DNA from: Folioceros fuciformis
Taxonomy: Eukaryota
Reading direction: 5' to 3'
Length of the DNA: 48,596 nt
Assembly (NCBI GenBank): GCA_049999805.1
Contig: JBNGIO010004124.1
Coordinates: forward strand, 1-48,596
Shown: positions 1 to 13,728 of the stretch, one piece after another
How positions within the stretch are numbered: the stretch's first letter is position 1
How the letters are laid out: the number at the start of each line of letters is the position of its first letter
Notes under the pieces: generated by a model
What the model was told of the DNA's origin: nothing
The model's input: the letters and a program-made list of their open reading frames with translations, nothing else
The model's database searches: none
Made by a program: the position numbers and the translations under genes

Positions 1-428
1 CTGCTGCCGGCCGCATGCTCCCTCTCCTCCCTCTGGACCTGCAGCGGCCGCTCCCTTCCTTCCTCTTGACCTTCCAGTGCGCACCACACAAGCATGTGGG
101 CACCAAGCGCCCAGCCGGATGCCTGGACCTGGATGCCTGCGACGAGCCCGGGTCCGCCTGGGGGGCCTCCAGGAACAAATTGCCTTTGATGGCCCCAACT
201 GATTTTGGGTCAGGAAGGAACTCGGACCACAACCGGCACACCGGGTAACCGGGATACCGGGACCGGCCCGCCATTCAACTACAGTATGTATGTACTGTGC
301 ATACTGTATTACGCATTCTCCAGGGGCACAACACCTGTCGCCTGTCAATCTCTAAACAGCGCCGAGTCCCTCATCCTAGCGGAAACAAAGAACAGGAGGT
401 GTGGAGAGAGACAGGCAGGACTGTCAGG

Positions 429-489
429 AGCCGAGACGAGACGAGCCGAGCCGAGCCGAGCCGAGCCGAACCGAACCGAACCGAGCCGA
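429..489. repeat. Pentanucleotide microsatellite (GAGAC/GAGCC/GAACC)n upstream of CPSF160
   Basis: Seen directly: gagacgagacgagccgagccgagccgagccgagccgaaccgaaccgaaccgagccga. Confidence 0.9.
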
Positions 490-656
490 TTCACGAATCG
501 AGCAAGCAGTCGGGCTTCTTTCCACCAGGCACGCACAGAGGCTCTGCCCGGCCAGCCGGCCACAACGGGTAGCCAGATACATAAACGCGAACGTCGTGTT
601 GTGACGCACAGCTGCTGCGGGAGGCTGTGGAAGGGACGCAGGCTCGGCCACAGACC

Positions 657-3600
657 ATGAGCTATGCGGCTTTCAGAATGGTGCACGCGCCTACGGGCGT
701 GGAGAATTGCGTAGCCGCCTACCTGACGCACTGCACGGGCCACAGCGACGACGCAGAAGCAGAAGCACAAGTAGACGCCGCCGCCGCCGCTGCCGCCACC
801 GGCGTCTATTGGAGGAGCGTTCCAGACAGCAGCTTCAAGGATGCGGCGTCGCTGCTGCTGCCCAACCTGGTCGTCTCCAAGGCCAATGTCTTGGAGGTGT
901 ACCACTTGCGGGTGCAAGAAGGATGGGACAAGGACGACGGCGGGGTTCAACAGCAACAGCAGTCGCGACCGCACACGGCGGCCGATGGCTCTGCTGGAGC
1001 CCGGCGGGGAGGCTTCATGGCCGGGGTGTTCTCTGTCTGGCTGGAGCTTGTGTGTCATTACAGGTACCAGCTGCTTCGGGTGGGAGGTAGTGAAACGGAT
1101 GGAATGCAATGCAATGAGATGAAATGCAGTGGGTACAAGATTGGATGGAATGCCGCTGTGCACCTCTGGGGGAATTCCCTTTCGTCTGGCCTGCCTCACA
1201 GCCGGCTACCTACCTCCGCTTTGCTGCGCTGACTGAATTACTGAAACCGCGCAGTGCTTGTGTTCTGCTCCTGTCATGACGTGAGTGAGGATATTATGGA
1301 TGATGCAGATTGCATGGCAACGTTGAAAGTATGGCAGTCCTGTCGCACGGTCGGGATGATGGCCGCAAGCGTCGGGACGCGATTATTCTCACGTTCCGCG
1401 AGGCCAAGGCCTCCCTTCTATCGTTCGACGACTCGATTCAGGGCCTGCGGACCAGGTGCTGTGTCTCCTTCGCCAGTGCTGGACTTGGGGAGCTCAATGC
1501 TTCTCGACCTGGCCCCTTATCCTTGACGTTGTTAGGGTTAGGTCTGCCGATGCTCTTCCTTGTCGCAGCCTGTCCCTCAAGAGTGGTCTCCTTGTCCGTT
1601 GCAGCTCATTGCACTTCTTTCAGGGACCGGATTGGGATCACCTGAAGAGGGGACGAGAGAAGTTTCCGAGAGGTCCCCTTGTCAGGGCAGATCCCTCAGG
1701 GAGATGCGCTGCTGTGCTCATTTACGACTGCCAAATGGTTCTCATGAAAGCTGCGCAGGTGGGAGCCCCGCCATCACCATTCTGCTTCGAAGGGCTTCTG
1801 CCGTGACTTGCTTGCCTGGGGACTTATGTGAGAGCCAATTCTTATAGCTGCTGGTATGCAGGTTGGGTATGGGTTGGTGGAAGAAGATGAAGGACCTGGT
1901 CCTGGTGGCATTGTTTCAGCGCGTGTAGAGTCATCTTATGTGGTGAGCTTGCGAGACATGGATATGAAACATATTAAAGACTTCGTCTTTCTCAATGGCA
2001 AGTTCATCCACGCTGTATGCTTACTCTCTACTCATTGTACGTCCAACTCGCCATCATCTTAGACTTACCTCAGATTGAGGCTCTGCATTTCATTCTCTAG
2101 TCTCCAAATTTTTGTACACTACACTGCTGCACACTCTCCATTCCAAGTAGCTCCTACTCCAAACCTGCACTTCATTCTGTCAGGAGCGTTGATGTGTCCC
2201 AAGCTTCGCTTTTACATCCTTTTTGACAAACGCGCTGGTCGGGATTTGCAGGATTCATAGAACCTGTGGTTCTTTTTCTTCACGAGAGAGAGCCAACTTG
2301 GCCTGGTCGTCCAACATGGAAGCGGCATACTTCTGCAATAACTGCGCTCAGCATCAACACATCTCTCCAGCAGCACCCAACTATTTGGGCCGCTGCTGTA
2401 TGGATTATAGCTTGCCCTTACCCCGATTCGTTCAGCTTACCCATCTCATCGTCGGTTGTACAGGAATTTCTTGTTCGTGTTTGCTGTTACTTCAACTGTT
2501 TCTCACTGTGATCTGCAGAACCTGCCGTATGATGCGTACAAGCTTCTAGCGGTACCCTCTCCTATTGGTGGTGTCATCGTGATCTGTGCAAACAGCCTTC
2601 ACTATTATAGCCAGGTATCAAGATGGTTCCAGCATAGCTGAAAGAGCAACCCCACGCATTTGTTCATATGTGTTCCTGTACTGCCTCGTCTTTTGGCTTA
2701 ACCTGGCTTCACTGTGCAAGTCTGACCGTTGTGATGTACTCCGGCCAGTCAACTAGTTGCTCCCTTGCACTGAATGAGTGTGCAGTGGCTCCCGAAGGAA
2801 GGTAGGCTCATGCTGGAACTTGTACTCAGTAGCTCCTGCTCCTGCCTGAATAGGTTGTTTTGTTCACACTCAAAAGCACTCCAGTGTATAACAGATAGTG
2901 TCCTTCTTCAACTTTTCCCAGACAAAGAAAATGGTCATTCCAATCATCTTGCAATTGTTGTTCCAATGTTCCAGCGTCTCAGAGATGAGCAGGTCAAAGA
3001 TTAGGGTTGAGTTGGATGGGGCACACGCAGCATGGATATCAAACGATGTTGCCCTTTTTTCAACTAAAACTGGCAACCTGCTTTTGCTTTCATTGGTGTT
3101 TGATGGAAGGTAGGTTTGCTTAATCTACTCACTGCTTTTTTGCCCAAATATCTGCTACCTGTTCCTTTACGCATGTTATCTCCCCCTCTTTTGAATTGCG
3201 GAAATTGTTCAGATCTGTTCAAAAGCTGGAGCTTTCAAAATCAAGCGCTTCTGTTCTTGCTTCGGTACCCATCTCAAAGCTTGTGCTTTTGGCTAAGAAA
3301 ATTTTGATCAGATGTTATGCTGCATAACTGTATGTGCGAATATGAGCAATATACTCATATAATTGTAAATCAGTGCATGTGCACAGTGGGGGACTCTTTT
3401 TTTTTCCTTGGCAGTCGCCTTGGAGACAGTCTACTGGTTCAATACACGTCAGGAGCAGTTTCTGGAGGAACTCCAACAGGAAATCTGAAAAGTGTTAAAG
3501 AGGAGGTGATTTTGGTCTACGTGGCCTCGTTGGTGCACTTCTGGTCGATTTGCTTCCTGCACGCTGGAATATGCTGCCAGCACTGCCCTTCATGGCTGAA

Positions 3601-6600
3601 CGCATTCGAAGTTCAAAAGTGGTGTGTTTTCACCAATACCTCAACTGGCTCATGCAGCATAGTGAGATGGATGGGGACTTGTTACAACCACCTTCAAAAA
3701 GGCTCCGGCAAGCTTCTTCAGATTTGTCTCAAGAAGGCATCAGTGCAGAGGAACTCTCTCTCTATTACTCCTCACCCGCATCTGATTCGCCAAAGGTAGT
3801 CTGCGCACATCTTATTTCATTTAAGGTGAACTGGACGCATCTTACTCTGAGTTGTGGAGCCTGTCCTTATGCTGTGGGCTTTTGTAGAGGAAAACTTTTT
3901 CCTTTGCAGTTAGAGACTCGCTAGTGAACATTGGTCCTCTTCGAGATATTGCTTACGGACTACGACCAAATGCTGATGGGAACACCTCTGGATCTACCAG
4001 GCAAAGTAATTATGAACTAGTACGTCTCCTTTGCATTGTTGTCGACTGAATTTACTCTACCTGGACAGAAAACGCCCATTATTTAAACCATTATCATGAA
4101 CTCGTATTTTTTGAAAGTGTCAGCATCCTTTCTGAAAATTGAATATCAGGTAGCTTGTTCTGGCCATGGAAAAAACGGAAGTTTATCAGTATTGCATGAC
4201 TCAATCCGACCTGATTTTATCACTGAGGTATTTCATGATTGCTTGTTTATGCCACGTCAGCTCATGGTTGTTATCGTCTACGACGCGCTGGACAGTTTTT
4301 AACTTTCCTCTGCAGGTTGAGCTTCCAGGTTGCAATGGAATCTGGACTGTTTACCACCAAACGGGACAGAATCCTACCTTAGAAGTGAAGGCCAATGATG
4401 AATTCCATGCCTACCTCATCATCAGTTTGGAAACGCGAACCATGGTGAGGTTCTTTTCTGCATGCGTGGGCTCCTTGCAATGCAGGAGTTGATCAGTCAT
4501 TGTTCACGCTTCCTGATCTTACTTGTGCAGGTTCTTGAGACAGGTGAAATGCTAGGTGAAGTTACAGAATCTGTGGAATACTTCACAGAGGGCCCTACTA
4601 TTTATGCTGGAAACCTTTTTGGCAGGTGAATGTTGAGATTCACCGTCTTGTCAATTTCAAGAATGGGCTAAAGGCCTCTTGCTTAATGCTTTGCCGGAAA
4701 TGCAGACAGCGGGTCGCACAAGTGTATTCAAGGGGTGTCCGTGTCCTTGATGGAGTACACCTGTGCCAGGAATTGCTCGTCCAGAGGTCCTCCTCTGATG
4801 CGGACAAGGAGGACAGCAAGCAGATTCTTGTCGAGATGGCAGATGTTGCAGATCCCTACATTCTCTTGCGTATGAGTGATGGCAGCATTCAGCTGGTTGT
4901 CGGAAGTAAGTGTCCAATGTTTCCAGTAGGTTGACTTTCATTGCTTTGGTTGAAGCTCCCTCCCTGATGTGTTGTTTATCAGATCCAGATAATCTCACCC
5001 TATCACTGAGTGAGCCGCCCTTTGCTCCGGGCTCTGATGTGATAACTGCTTGCTCCCTTTTTACGGATAAAGGGGCCAACCCATGGCTTCGTCGAGCACA
5101 CATTGATGCTCGTCCAATAGAACAAAGGGCTGACAACAAGGCCTTTTGCATCTTGGCCAGAAAGAGTGGAAGGCTTGAATTTTATGACCTACCCGGTCTT
5201 AGCTGTGTCTTTAGTGCTGAAAAATTTATTCATGGATTGCCTATTTTAATAGACGAAAAACTGAACCATGCATACACTGTAAATGGGTTAGAGATAATTG
5301 AGGACACAGAAGGCCAAGGTGATAATGACCATGCCCATGCCACTGATTCAGCGCCGCAGAATATTGTAACTGAAGTTCGAATGGTAACTTGGGGTGAAAA
5401 ATTTGGGCGGCCCTTTTTGTTTGCCATGTTAAGCGACGAAACTATGTTGTGCTATCACGCATTTGTCTTTGATGGGGTAGAGTCAAACCTAACTAGTGAG
5501 GATGCTCTAGCCATTACTGTGGAAGACAGTGACATGGCTAGAGCAATTAGAACAAGGCTCTCCAGATTGAGGTTTGCCAGGGTGCCTTTGGAGTGGGTGA
5601 GCGGAGAGGAGGGAGGAGGACAACCACCTTCCTCTGGACAAAGGATTTTCCCTTTTGACAACATCGGGAATGTGGAAGGAGCGTTTGTGACGGGAACTCG
5701 GCCTCTCTGGTTAATGATATGCAGGGAGCGAGTTCGATCACATCCTCAGGTGCGGGGCCTAGTGCCAACAGACAGAAGATGGCTAAATTGATGGAAACAT
5801 TAGTTCTCTCTCAAACTGCTGACGGAAAGTCTCTTTTTCGTGTCTTCCATGCAGTTCAGTGATGGGAGCATTTTAGCAATAACTTCTTTGCACAATGTGA
5901 ATTGCAATCATGGTTTCATATACATCACTTCCAAGGTAGTCTGCTCAACCGTTCATACACTTTGGAAACATGGTGAATGAACACGTTTGCTCCTGGTTCT
6001 GTAATATTTGTCATGTATCAGATTTGTTGTCCTCCACCTAAGCACGAGTTTGGATTGCCAGGGGTTATTGAAGATCTGTCAGCTGCCTTCAATACTCAAC
6101 TATGACAATGATTGGCCTGTACAAAAGGCAGGAGTTGCTATGTTTTTCTAGTATTGATGCAGACATGGTATTTAGCCCAAGATTCTTTCCATGATCTGCA
6201 TTTCTGTTGCTCATGTCCTGTAGATCCCGCTGCGGGGTACACCTCATCAGATAACCTATTATGCGGAGGCAAACCTCTATGCACTCGTTGTCTCATTTTC
6301 GGTCAGTTTCTCTACTATGTTTGCGTCCATTATCTGCCTTCTCAGTCCAACTGCAGAGTTCCTGCAATCTCACTCTGCAGCTGGTCATGTATATGGACTA
6401 GGGTCTACCTGGCGGAGGTGAACACCAGGTAGAATCAGAGATCCCTGGAGAAGATGGACAAAAGCTGATCGCCTCTTCTGAAGACTTTGAAGTCCGCATC
6501 TTGGAACCTGGTAAATCGGGTGGAACTTGGGAGACGAAAGGGACAATTGCCATGCAGGTGACAGAGCATGCGCTTACTGTTCGAATTGTGTCCATCAAGG

Positions 6601-8105
6601 TAATGTGTTTCACAACTGTGCGACCAATTTCATCTGTAATGAGATTCTAAAAGTGTACCACATTTCTCTGCAACCAGAATATTGTCAATGACCAAACTCA
6701 GACGTTCCTAGCTATTGGAACTGCATTTGTTCAAGGAGAGGATGTTGGTGCCAAAGGTCGTATCATATTGGTTCAGATAAGTCAAGATGCCAATGATTCT
6801 AACATCGAGGTAATCAATTACTGAGCTCGCCTTCATTGGGTAGTCATCTTAGTGTTCAGTAAAGTACTGAGAAACTGAGTGTCCCCGGTAGTTTGAATCT
6901 TTACTCACTGGGAGAGGTCTGCGTTTTTCTCTCTGATTCCAGGCACGTGAGATCTACTCAAAGGAGCTGAAAGGCGCCATATCAGCAATTGCCTCACTAC
7001 AGGGCCGTCTTCTTGTAGCTATTGGCCCCAAAATTATTCTTCACAATTGGAATGGTGTGGAACTAAATGGCGCTGCTTTCTTTGATGCACCGCTGTATGT
7101 GGTGAGCTTAAATGTTGTAAGTAGCCCCGACATCCTCCTACAGCCAAATATCGCATACTTTTTTGAAGAAACAAAGGCCCAAACCGTGCCGTCTTATGTT
7201 CCTCCAACGACTCATGGTTTGCAGGTTAAGAACTTCGTTCTCTTTGGTGACATCCACAAGAGCATCTACTTTCTATGTTGGAAGGAGGAAGGAGCACAGT
7301 TAGTCCTTTTAGCGAAGGATTTTGGCTCACTCGATTGCTATGCTACAGAGTTTTTGATTGATGGTGGCACCTTGAGTCTCCTTGTGTCAGATAGCCGGAA
7401 AAATATTCAGGTATGGGAACCTGAGTTTGTTCCTCTAGCAGTAACTAACACCGGTGTTTCTGATGCCATTGTGCTTTTGTGGGTGTGGAATGATTACTGC
7501 ATAGCTTGTTGACTGTTGTGGAGTATGCCGCAGATATTTTCCTATGCGCCAAAAAGTGTTGAGACTTGGAAAGGCCAGAAACTTCTGCCGAGAGCAGAAT
7601 TCCATGTGGGTGGCCATGTCGGAAAGTTCTTGAGATTGCAGATGCTTCCAGTCTCAGGAGGCACTCGTTCCAATAGATTCGCCCTGTTCTTCGGCACGTT
7701 AGATGGGGGAATTGGTTTCATTGCTCCGCTGGACGAGCTGACATTTCGACGACTGCAAAGTTTGCAAAGGAAACTAGTCCATTCCATTCCCCATGTGGCA
7801 GGATTGAATCCTCATGCTTTCAGACAGTTTAAGAGTGAGGGTCAAACTCATCGACCAGGACCCGAAAACATCATAGATTGCGAGCTGCTCTGCCAGTAAG
7901 TTTTTTTCGCCCGTTTGTGATCAAGAGCATAAGGTTTTGAAACATTTGACAGTCTCTGACACGTTTCTCTGCTTGAACGTTTCCTTGCAGTTACGAGGCT
8001 CTGCCCGTGGATGAACAGTTAGAAGTGGCCCGCCAAATCGGTACCACCCGTTCTCAAATATTGTCCAATCTCCGTGATCTATCTCTGAGTACGAGCTTTT
8101 TATGA
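657..8105 (+). CDS. CPSF160: Cleavage and polyadenylation specificity factor subunit 1 (CPSF160), >20 short introns
   Basis: N-terminus MSYAAFRMVHAPTGVENC. Exon peptides include HGNVESMAVL, RGPLVRADPSGRCA, FFLGSRLGDSLLVQ, KNFVLFGDIHKSIYFL, QKLLPRAEFHVG and TFRRLQSLQRKL, all matching plant CPSF160. C-terminus LRDLSLSTSFL* (TGA 8103-8105). Confidence 0.95.
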
Positions 8106-8510
8106 TCCCGTCCAACAATATTTGGGATAATGCAGATTTAAGACTCTCATGTATATATAGCCGTAGGTTAGCCATTGTGTAGAAGGTACCATTGTGTACC
8201 ATGCAGTTCTGACTCACAGATTTAGTGGGTCCGCAATTTTGTACATGGGCTATCCTCTGGAATCAGAGGATGACAACAGTGAAGTATGCTTAAGCATGCC
8301 TTGCTACTCGAACTGATCGAAGAATCTGATTACAGCTGCACAGCATGAACGCAAGGACTCTCTACGCCACGGCTGCTCATCTTGAAATTCGTGTTCTACA
8401 AGGGTGGCATCGTCTCATCTCGTGATGCTTCCATTGAAGCAAGACTGCAAAACAAGGAGGGTAACACGGAGGTAGGCATAAAGCTCACAAAAATTTGGGC
8501 AGTGCGAATC

Positions 8511-9046
8511 CTACGTGCTCTCAGTGCCAGGAATAGTGATCTTGGACTGAATATTTGCAGCAAGTTGAGGAATAGTCTTCAAGTGTTCCCTGATGGAGCC
8601 TTCCATGCACCTCTCCATCTCTTGTTGCTTTTCATCATCTAAATCCACCGTGCCAGCAGCTTCTACTTTATCTTTACAGGCATAAATGGACCTCTGCAGA
8701 CGCTCCTGAAAGCTCGTCAGCTCGTGCTGGATTACGGATTGAGCCTTCTCCACGGGCGCAGTACACTTGTCTAGACACCGCTGGAGCTGCAATTGCGAGG
8801 GCTTAGGGTCCCTGCTGCAACAATAGTAGCCGCACTGGAAATATGACTTCTGCAAATGACAGCAGTAAAGGCTCAATCAGCCGCTCAAGCAACATGAGGC
8901 CCCTTCGGAACAGAAGGTCAGGCAACCATAGAGAGCAGCTGGCAAAAAACCTGAAGCGTGAAATTCACGTAGTCTTGCACTCCAGTCATAGCCTCGTTGA
9001 CGGTGGCATTCACAGTATTCATCAAATCTACCAGCTGTCGAGACAT
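8511..9046 (-). CDS. FAM136A / DUF842 family twin-Cys protein; exons 9046-8951 and 8849-8511
   Basis: Spliced product MSRQLVDLMNTVNATVNEAMTGVQDYVNFTLQ|KSYFQCGYYCC...RCLDKCTAPVEKAQSVIQHELTSFQERLQRSIYACKDK...MERCMEGSI, with a GT-AG intron at 8850-8950. The Cys spacing and FQERLQRS motif are typical of DUF842. The start codon is inferred. Confidence 0.85.
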
Positions 9047-9170
9047 GGTTGCCGATCCTGGTGAAGATGAAACTTCCGATCCACCCGCTATAACGCAGGA
9101 CAGTCGGCCTTCCTCTTCGAACCGCGAGCATCAGAATCCAACAGGCTACTCACGTCGCAGAATCAGTCCA

Positions 9171-9179
9171 AAACCCTAA
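9171..9179. promoter_or_regulatory. Telo-box (AAACCCTAA) near the 5' end of the FAM136A-like gene
   Basis: Exact AAACCCTAA in the divergent FAM136A/PSAT intergenic region. Telo-boxes are established plant cis-elements; function here is inferred. Confidence 0.45.
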
Positions 9180-9294
9180 ACCTTGGCCCTAACGGAAAGT
9201 ACTGCGTAAACACTAAGTCCACTCCCCATGCTCGATCGTGGGTGGTGGTTCGTTCCATCGTGTGCTATATAGCAGTTTTCTAACTTGGCAACTT

Positions 9295-9497
9295 TGCGCT
9301 CCGTGCCTCGCTCCGTGTCGGCCCAACAGTCGTAGCAACTTTGGTCTGGTCTGCATGCGTCTTCGCTCCGTGTGGTTGTACCTGAGTAGCAACATTGGTT
9401 TGCTCTGCATGCCTCCTCGCTCGGTGTCGTCAGAACCTCATAACACCTTTGGTTTCCTCTGAATGCCTCCTCGCTCCGTGTCGGTGCAACGTCACAG
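9295..9497. repeat. Degenerate 54-bp tandem repeat, about 3.5 copies
   Basis: The unit ctcgctccgtgtcg...agcaac.ttggt.tg.tctgcatgc recurs every 54 bp. Confidence 0.85.
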
Positions 9498-9725
9498 CTG
9501 CGATCTTCACGAGCTTTCTTTCGGGTGCGGCTCGATGACACTGTCCGGATAGAAATCGCCCGCTTGGATGCTTGCCGACTTTGTATTCTTACTTGTTTGT
9601 TCCTTGTCTGTCTCCGGATCTGGCGGTTGAATGATCTTGTGTGGGCTGTTCTAGTGTGTCACTCTCAGTGACTGAATTTCAAGGGTCACCTAACTGTGTT
9701 GGCACTGTCCAGTATTTGATATCTC

Positions 9726-11051
9726 ATGGCCGCCACAATGTCGCAAGCATCTCTGCTTTCGCAAGCTGCCGCGCGCATCACAGTCAACAGCAAGCGGGAA
9801 TCGCTCTTTGGCTCAGAATTCAAGGGACAGCAGGTGACATTGGTGAAGTTCATCAAGACTGCCTCCGTGAATTTGAGATACCAACGACCCATCACGCAGT
9901 GCACGGCAACTGTTCCGTCGTCGGCAAGTATCAAGGGTTCGGATATTCCAGTTGAGGACCAGGAACGCCAAGTTTTCAACTTCGCCGCTGGTCCAGCCAC
10001 GCTTCCTTCGAGAGTCCTGAGAAAGGCGCAGGAGGAGCTCTTAGACTACAAAAACAGCGGTATGAGCGTCATGGAAATGAGTCACAGATCCAAGGAGTTC
10101 TTGTCTATCATTCTGAAAGCTGAAGCCGATTTCCGGGAGTTGCTGAAAATTCCGGAAACGTACGAAGTTTTGTTTGTGCCCGGGGGCGCGTCTACCCAGT
10201 TCTCTGCCATTCCTCTCCAGCTCTGCGAACCAGATGACACAGCAGATTTTATTGTCACAGGCTCCTGGAGTGACAAGGCGTACAAGGAGGCACAGAAATA
10301 CTGCAAGGCTAATTTGGCTTGGTCTGGGAAGGCAAACAAGTATACCCGCCTGCCTTCTAAGGATGAAATCAAACTCACGCCGGGAGCCAAGTTTGTCCAT
10401 ATTTGCGCCAATGAGACGATCCACGGGGTGGAGTTTAAGGATTATCCCGATGTAGGGGACTCTATTCTAGTGGCGGACATGTCCTCCAATTTCTGCTCCA
10501 AGCCTGTCGACGTCTCTAAGTTTGGTATCATCTATGGGGGTGTGCAGAAAAATATTGGACCAGCGGGTATTGCTATCGTGATCATCAGGAAAGATCTGCT
10601 TGGTAAGGCGCAGAAACAGACTCCTGTCATGTTGGACTACAAGACTCATGCCGACAACAAGTCGTTGTACAACACACCCCCATGCTGGATCATCTATTTG
10701 TGTGGCCTCGTCTTTGAAGACTTGTTGGCTCAGGGTGGCTTGGAAGGTATAGAAAAGAAGAACGTTGCCAAAGCTCAGCTATTATATGACGCTATCGATG
10801 AGAGCAATGGCTTCTACAGATGTCCCGTGGAGAAATCTGTTCGCTCTCTTATGAACGTGCCCTTCACAATGGGTACCCCTGAGCTAGAGGCTGCGTTTCT
10901 TAAGGAGGCCGCTGCCCAAGGTTTGAAGGAACTGAAAGGGCACCGGTCAGTTGGGGGTGTAAGAGCTTCCATCTACAATGCCATGCCCAAGATCGGTGTC
11001 GAGAAGTTGGTTGCCCATATGAAGGTGTTTCAAGCAAGGACTGAACTCTGA
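9726..11051 (+). CDS. PSAT: Phosphoserine aminotransferase, probably plastid-targeted, intronless
   Basis: [54 protein letters not shown] (PLP lysine), LYNTPP and [19 protein letters not shown]. Ser/Ala/Arg-rich N-terminal extension. Confidence 0.97.
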   Translation: MAATMSQASLLSQAAARITVNSKRESLFGSEFKGQQVTLVKFIKTASVNLRYQRPITQCTATVPSSASIKGSDIPVEDQERQVFNFAAGPATLPSRVLRKAQEELLDYKNSGMSVMEMSHRSKEFLSIILKAEADFRELLKIPETYEVLFVPGGASTQFSAIPLQLCEPDDTADFIVTGSWSDKAYKEAQKYCKANLAWSGKANKYTRLPSKDEIKLTPGAKFVHICANETIHGVEFKDYPDVGDSILVADMSSNFCSKPVDVSKFGIIYGGVQKNIGPAGIAIVIIRKDLLGKAQKQTPVMLDYKTHADNKSLYNTPPCWIIYLCGLVFEDLLAQGGLEGIEKKNVAKAQLLYDAIDESNGFYRCPVEKSVRSLMNVPFTMGTPELEAAFLKEAAAQGLKELKGHRSVGGVRASIYNAMPKIGVEKLVAHMKVFQARTEL

Positions 11052-11504
11052 GAGGTGATTTTCGTCGGACTTTTTGAAAGACTGAATATCAGCATGTAGG
11101 AGTGGCTTGTCTATTGGCATATATACGTAAGGTGGCTTGACTTCTGAGTTTTAGAAGAGTTACCCGGTGATGAATTTTGCTCTGGGAGTAGCAGCTGCTG
11201 GAAGTTGATTGCCATAATTGAAAGAGTATATTTCGTAGGTACAGGTTGTTGCGACGTATTTTGTGGTTGAATGTTATTCATTTGACTAATCGAAAACTTT
11301 TGTGAAGCTTGTTGAGTTGATGGGGCAAGTAGAAGTGTCTTTTATATTTGTTGAACAAAACGAGAACACAGTTTGTTTGAAGCCCGAACGCAATCTCACT
11401 CGAATATGTACATGTGTCAGCCTGGGAAGTTTCTTACATCAAGGAAGTCATACTATGCTACTCAAGAATTCACAACTTCCTTCCTGCAGTTCATCTCTAC
11501 CGCC

Positions 11505-13577
11505 CTAATCAACTTCTTCAATCTTGGGCCCCGCCCCTGTGTTGCCAGCACCGGAAGCACCCGCATAGTTCGGCATGTCACCACCGCCCTCTCCGCCTTG
11601 ATACATCTTGGCGATGATTGGATTGCAGATATTTTCCACCTCCTTTTGTTTGTCCTCGAATTCCTCAACTTCCGCGAGCTGGTTGCGATCAAGCCACTCG
11701 ATAGCCCCATTCACCGCCTTCTCGATGGTCTCCTTATCTTGGGCTGAAAGTTTTCCTGCAAATTTCTCATCCTTGACAGTATTCCTCATGTTGTAGGCGT
11801 AATTTTCCAGGGCGTTCTTCGCCTCCACTTTCCTCTTCACCTCTTCATCCTCGGTCTTATATCTCTCTGCCTCTGCCACCATCCTTTCAATCTCATCTTT
11901 CCCCAACCTTCCCTTATCGTTCGTGATAGTTATTCTGTTCCTCACACCAGCTGTCTTGTCCTCCGCCGACACGTTCAGGATGCCGTTTGCATCAATGTCG
12001 AAGGTGACATTGATCTGTGGTACACCTCTCGGGGCTGGAGGGATTCCTGACAATTCGAATTTACCCAATAAGTTGTTATCCTTGGTTCTCGCCCTCTCTC
12101 CTTCGTATACTTGAATGAGCACTCCTGGCTGGTTGTCAGAGTAGGTGGAGAAGATTTGCTCCTTCTTGGTCGGAATGGTGGTGTTCCGAGGAATAAGCGT
12201 GGTCATCACTCCTCCCGCAGTCTCCAGCCCAAGGCTAAGGGGCGTCACGTCCAGCAGTAGAAGCTCTTGTACCTTCTCATCCCCTTCCCCACTCAAAATA
12301 GCTGCCTGCACTGCAGCACCATAGGCAACAGCCTCGTCGGGGTTGATACTCTTGCACAGCTCCTTCCCGTTGAAGAAATCCTGGAGCAGGTTCTGCACCT
12401 TGGGAATTCGGGTAGACCCTCCCACTAACACGACCTCATGCACTTGCCCCTTGTCCATCTTACCATCCTTTAAGCACTTCTCCACAGGAATCATGCAGTT
12501 GCGGAACAAATCCATGTTCATCTCCTCGAACCTTGCCCTTGTGATGGTGGAGTAGAAATCCACGCCTTCGAAGAGCGAATCGATCTCAATAGTGGTCTGG
12601 GCAGTGGATGACAAAGTCCGCTTGGCACGCTCACAAGCAGTCCTCAACCTTCTCAAGGCTCTGGAATTGCCGCTGATGTCCTTCCTGTGCTTCCTCTTGA
12701 ACTCCTGGACGAAGTGGTTCACCATCCGGTTGTCGAAGTCCTCACCACCTAAGTGCGTGTCACCGGCTGTGGCCTTGACCTCAAAAATACCCTCCTCGAT
12801 TGTGAGGAGGGACACGTCGAAAGTTCCACCCCCAAGATCAAAAATGAGGATGTTCTTCTCGGTCTTCCCCTTTTTGTCCAGGCCGTAGGCAATGGCGGCT
12901 GCTGTGGGCTCGTTGATGATCCTCATGACGTTCAGCCCCGCGATAACCCCGGCATCCTTGGTTGCCTGCCTTTGAGAGTCGTTGAAGTAGGCAGGAACAG
13001 TCACAACAGCATTCTTCACAGACCTCCCCAGGAAAGCCTCTGCCGTCTCCCTCATCTTGACGAGCACCATGGAGGATATCTCCTCAGCGGAGAATTGCTT
13101 CTCCTCTCCTTTGTATTTGACCAAGATCATTGGCTTGTCGTTAGGCCCCGCGATCACCTTAAAGGGCCACAGCTTTTGGTCTGCCTGGACGGATGCATCC
13201 GTGAACCGTCTACCAATCAGGCGCTTGGCATCTGAATTCCAAAGCGATCACACCATGTCAGAGCACGAAAACACAATTTTAAATCACTACATCCGTCTAC
13301 GACACTCCATAAATGGGGCCATAAGAATCCAGCACAAGCGGTGATTCAGCGAGGACGTACCGAAAACAGTGTTCTCAGGATTCATGGCAACTTGATTCTT
13401 CGCAGCATCTCCGATGAGACGCTCGGTGTCGGTGAAAGCCACATAAGACGGAGTGGTCCGATTGCCTTGGTCATTGGGGATGATCTCCACCCGATCATGA
13501 TGCCACACACCCACGCAGCTATATGTAGTGCCGAGGTCGATGCCGATTGCGGGCCCCTCTCCCTTTCCGGACGCCAT
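11505..13577 (-). CDS. HSP70: Cytosolic HSP70; exons 13577-13361 and 13231-11505
   Basis: [43 protein letters not shown] and C-terminal GPKIEEVD. A single GT-AG intron (13232-13360) splits the D codon of VFDAKRL, the conserved position in plant HSP70. Confidence 0.98.
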
Positions 13578-13728
13578 CACTTGAGAGCTAAACTAGAGCT
13601 AACAACAAAGTCGCTTCTCTGCAAGCAAATCGCACAGAGAGCTATAGAATGCAGCGAGCTACGGGAAGCAGCACAAACGCTTGTAAGATTGTTTGTCTAC
13701 AGATGAGAAGGGGGAGGAGGTGACAGGA

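Noticed and set aside
1-290. Coding sequence at the window start
   Set aside because: GC-rich short ORFs with no recognisable motif; cannot be supported without upstream sequence.
345-1199. 284-aa antisense ORF over the CPSF160 5' region, and similar antisense ORFs over HSP70, the PPRs and AZG1
   Set aside because: These are shadow frames of GC-rich coding DNA and a microsatellite, with no recognisable domains.
9726-11051. Intronless PSAT (and AZG1) as recent bacterial horizontal transfers
   Set aside because: Both look like standard plant orthologs (PSAT has a transit-like extension), and these genes are commonly intron-poor in plants.
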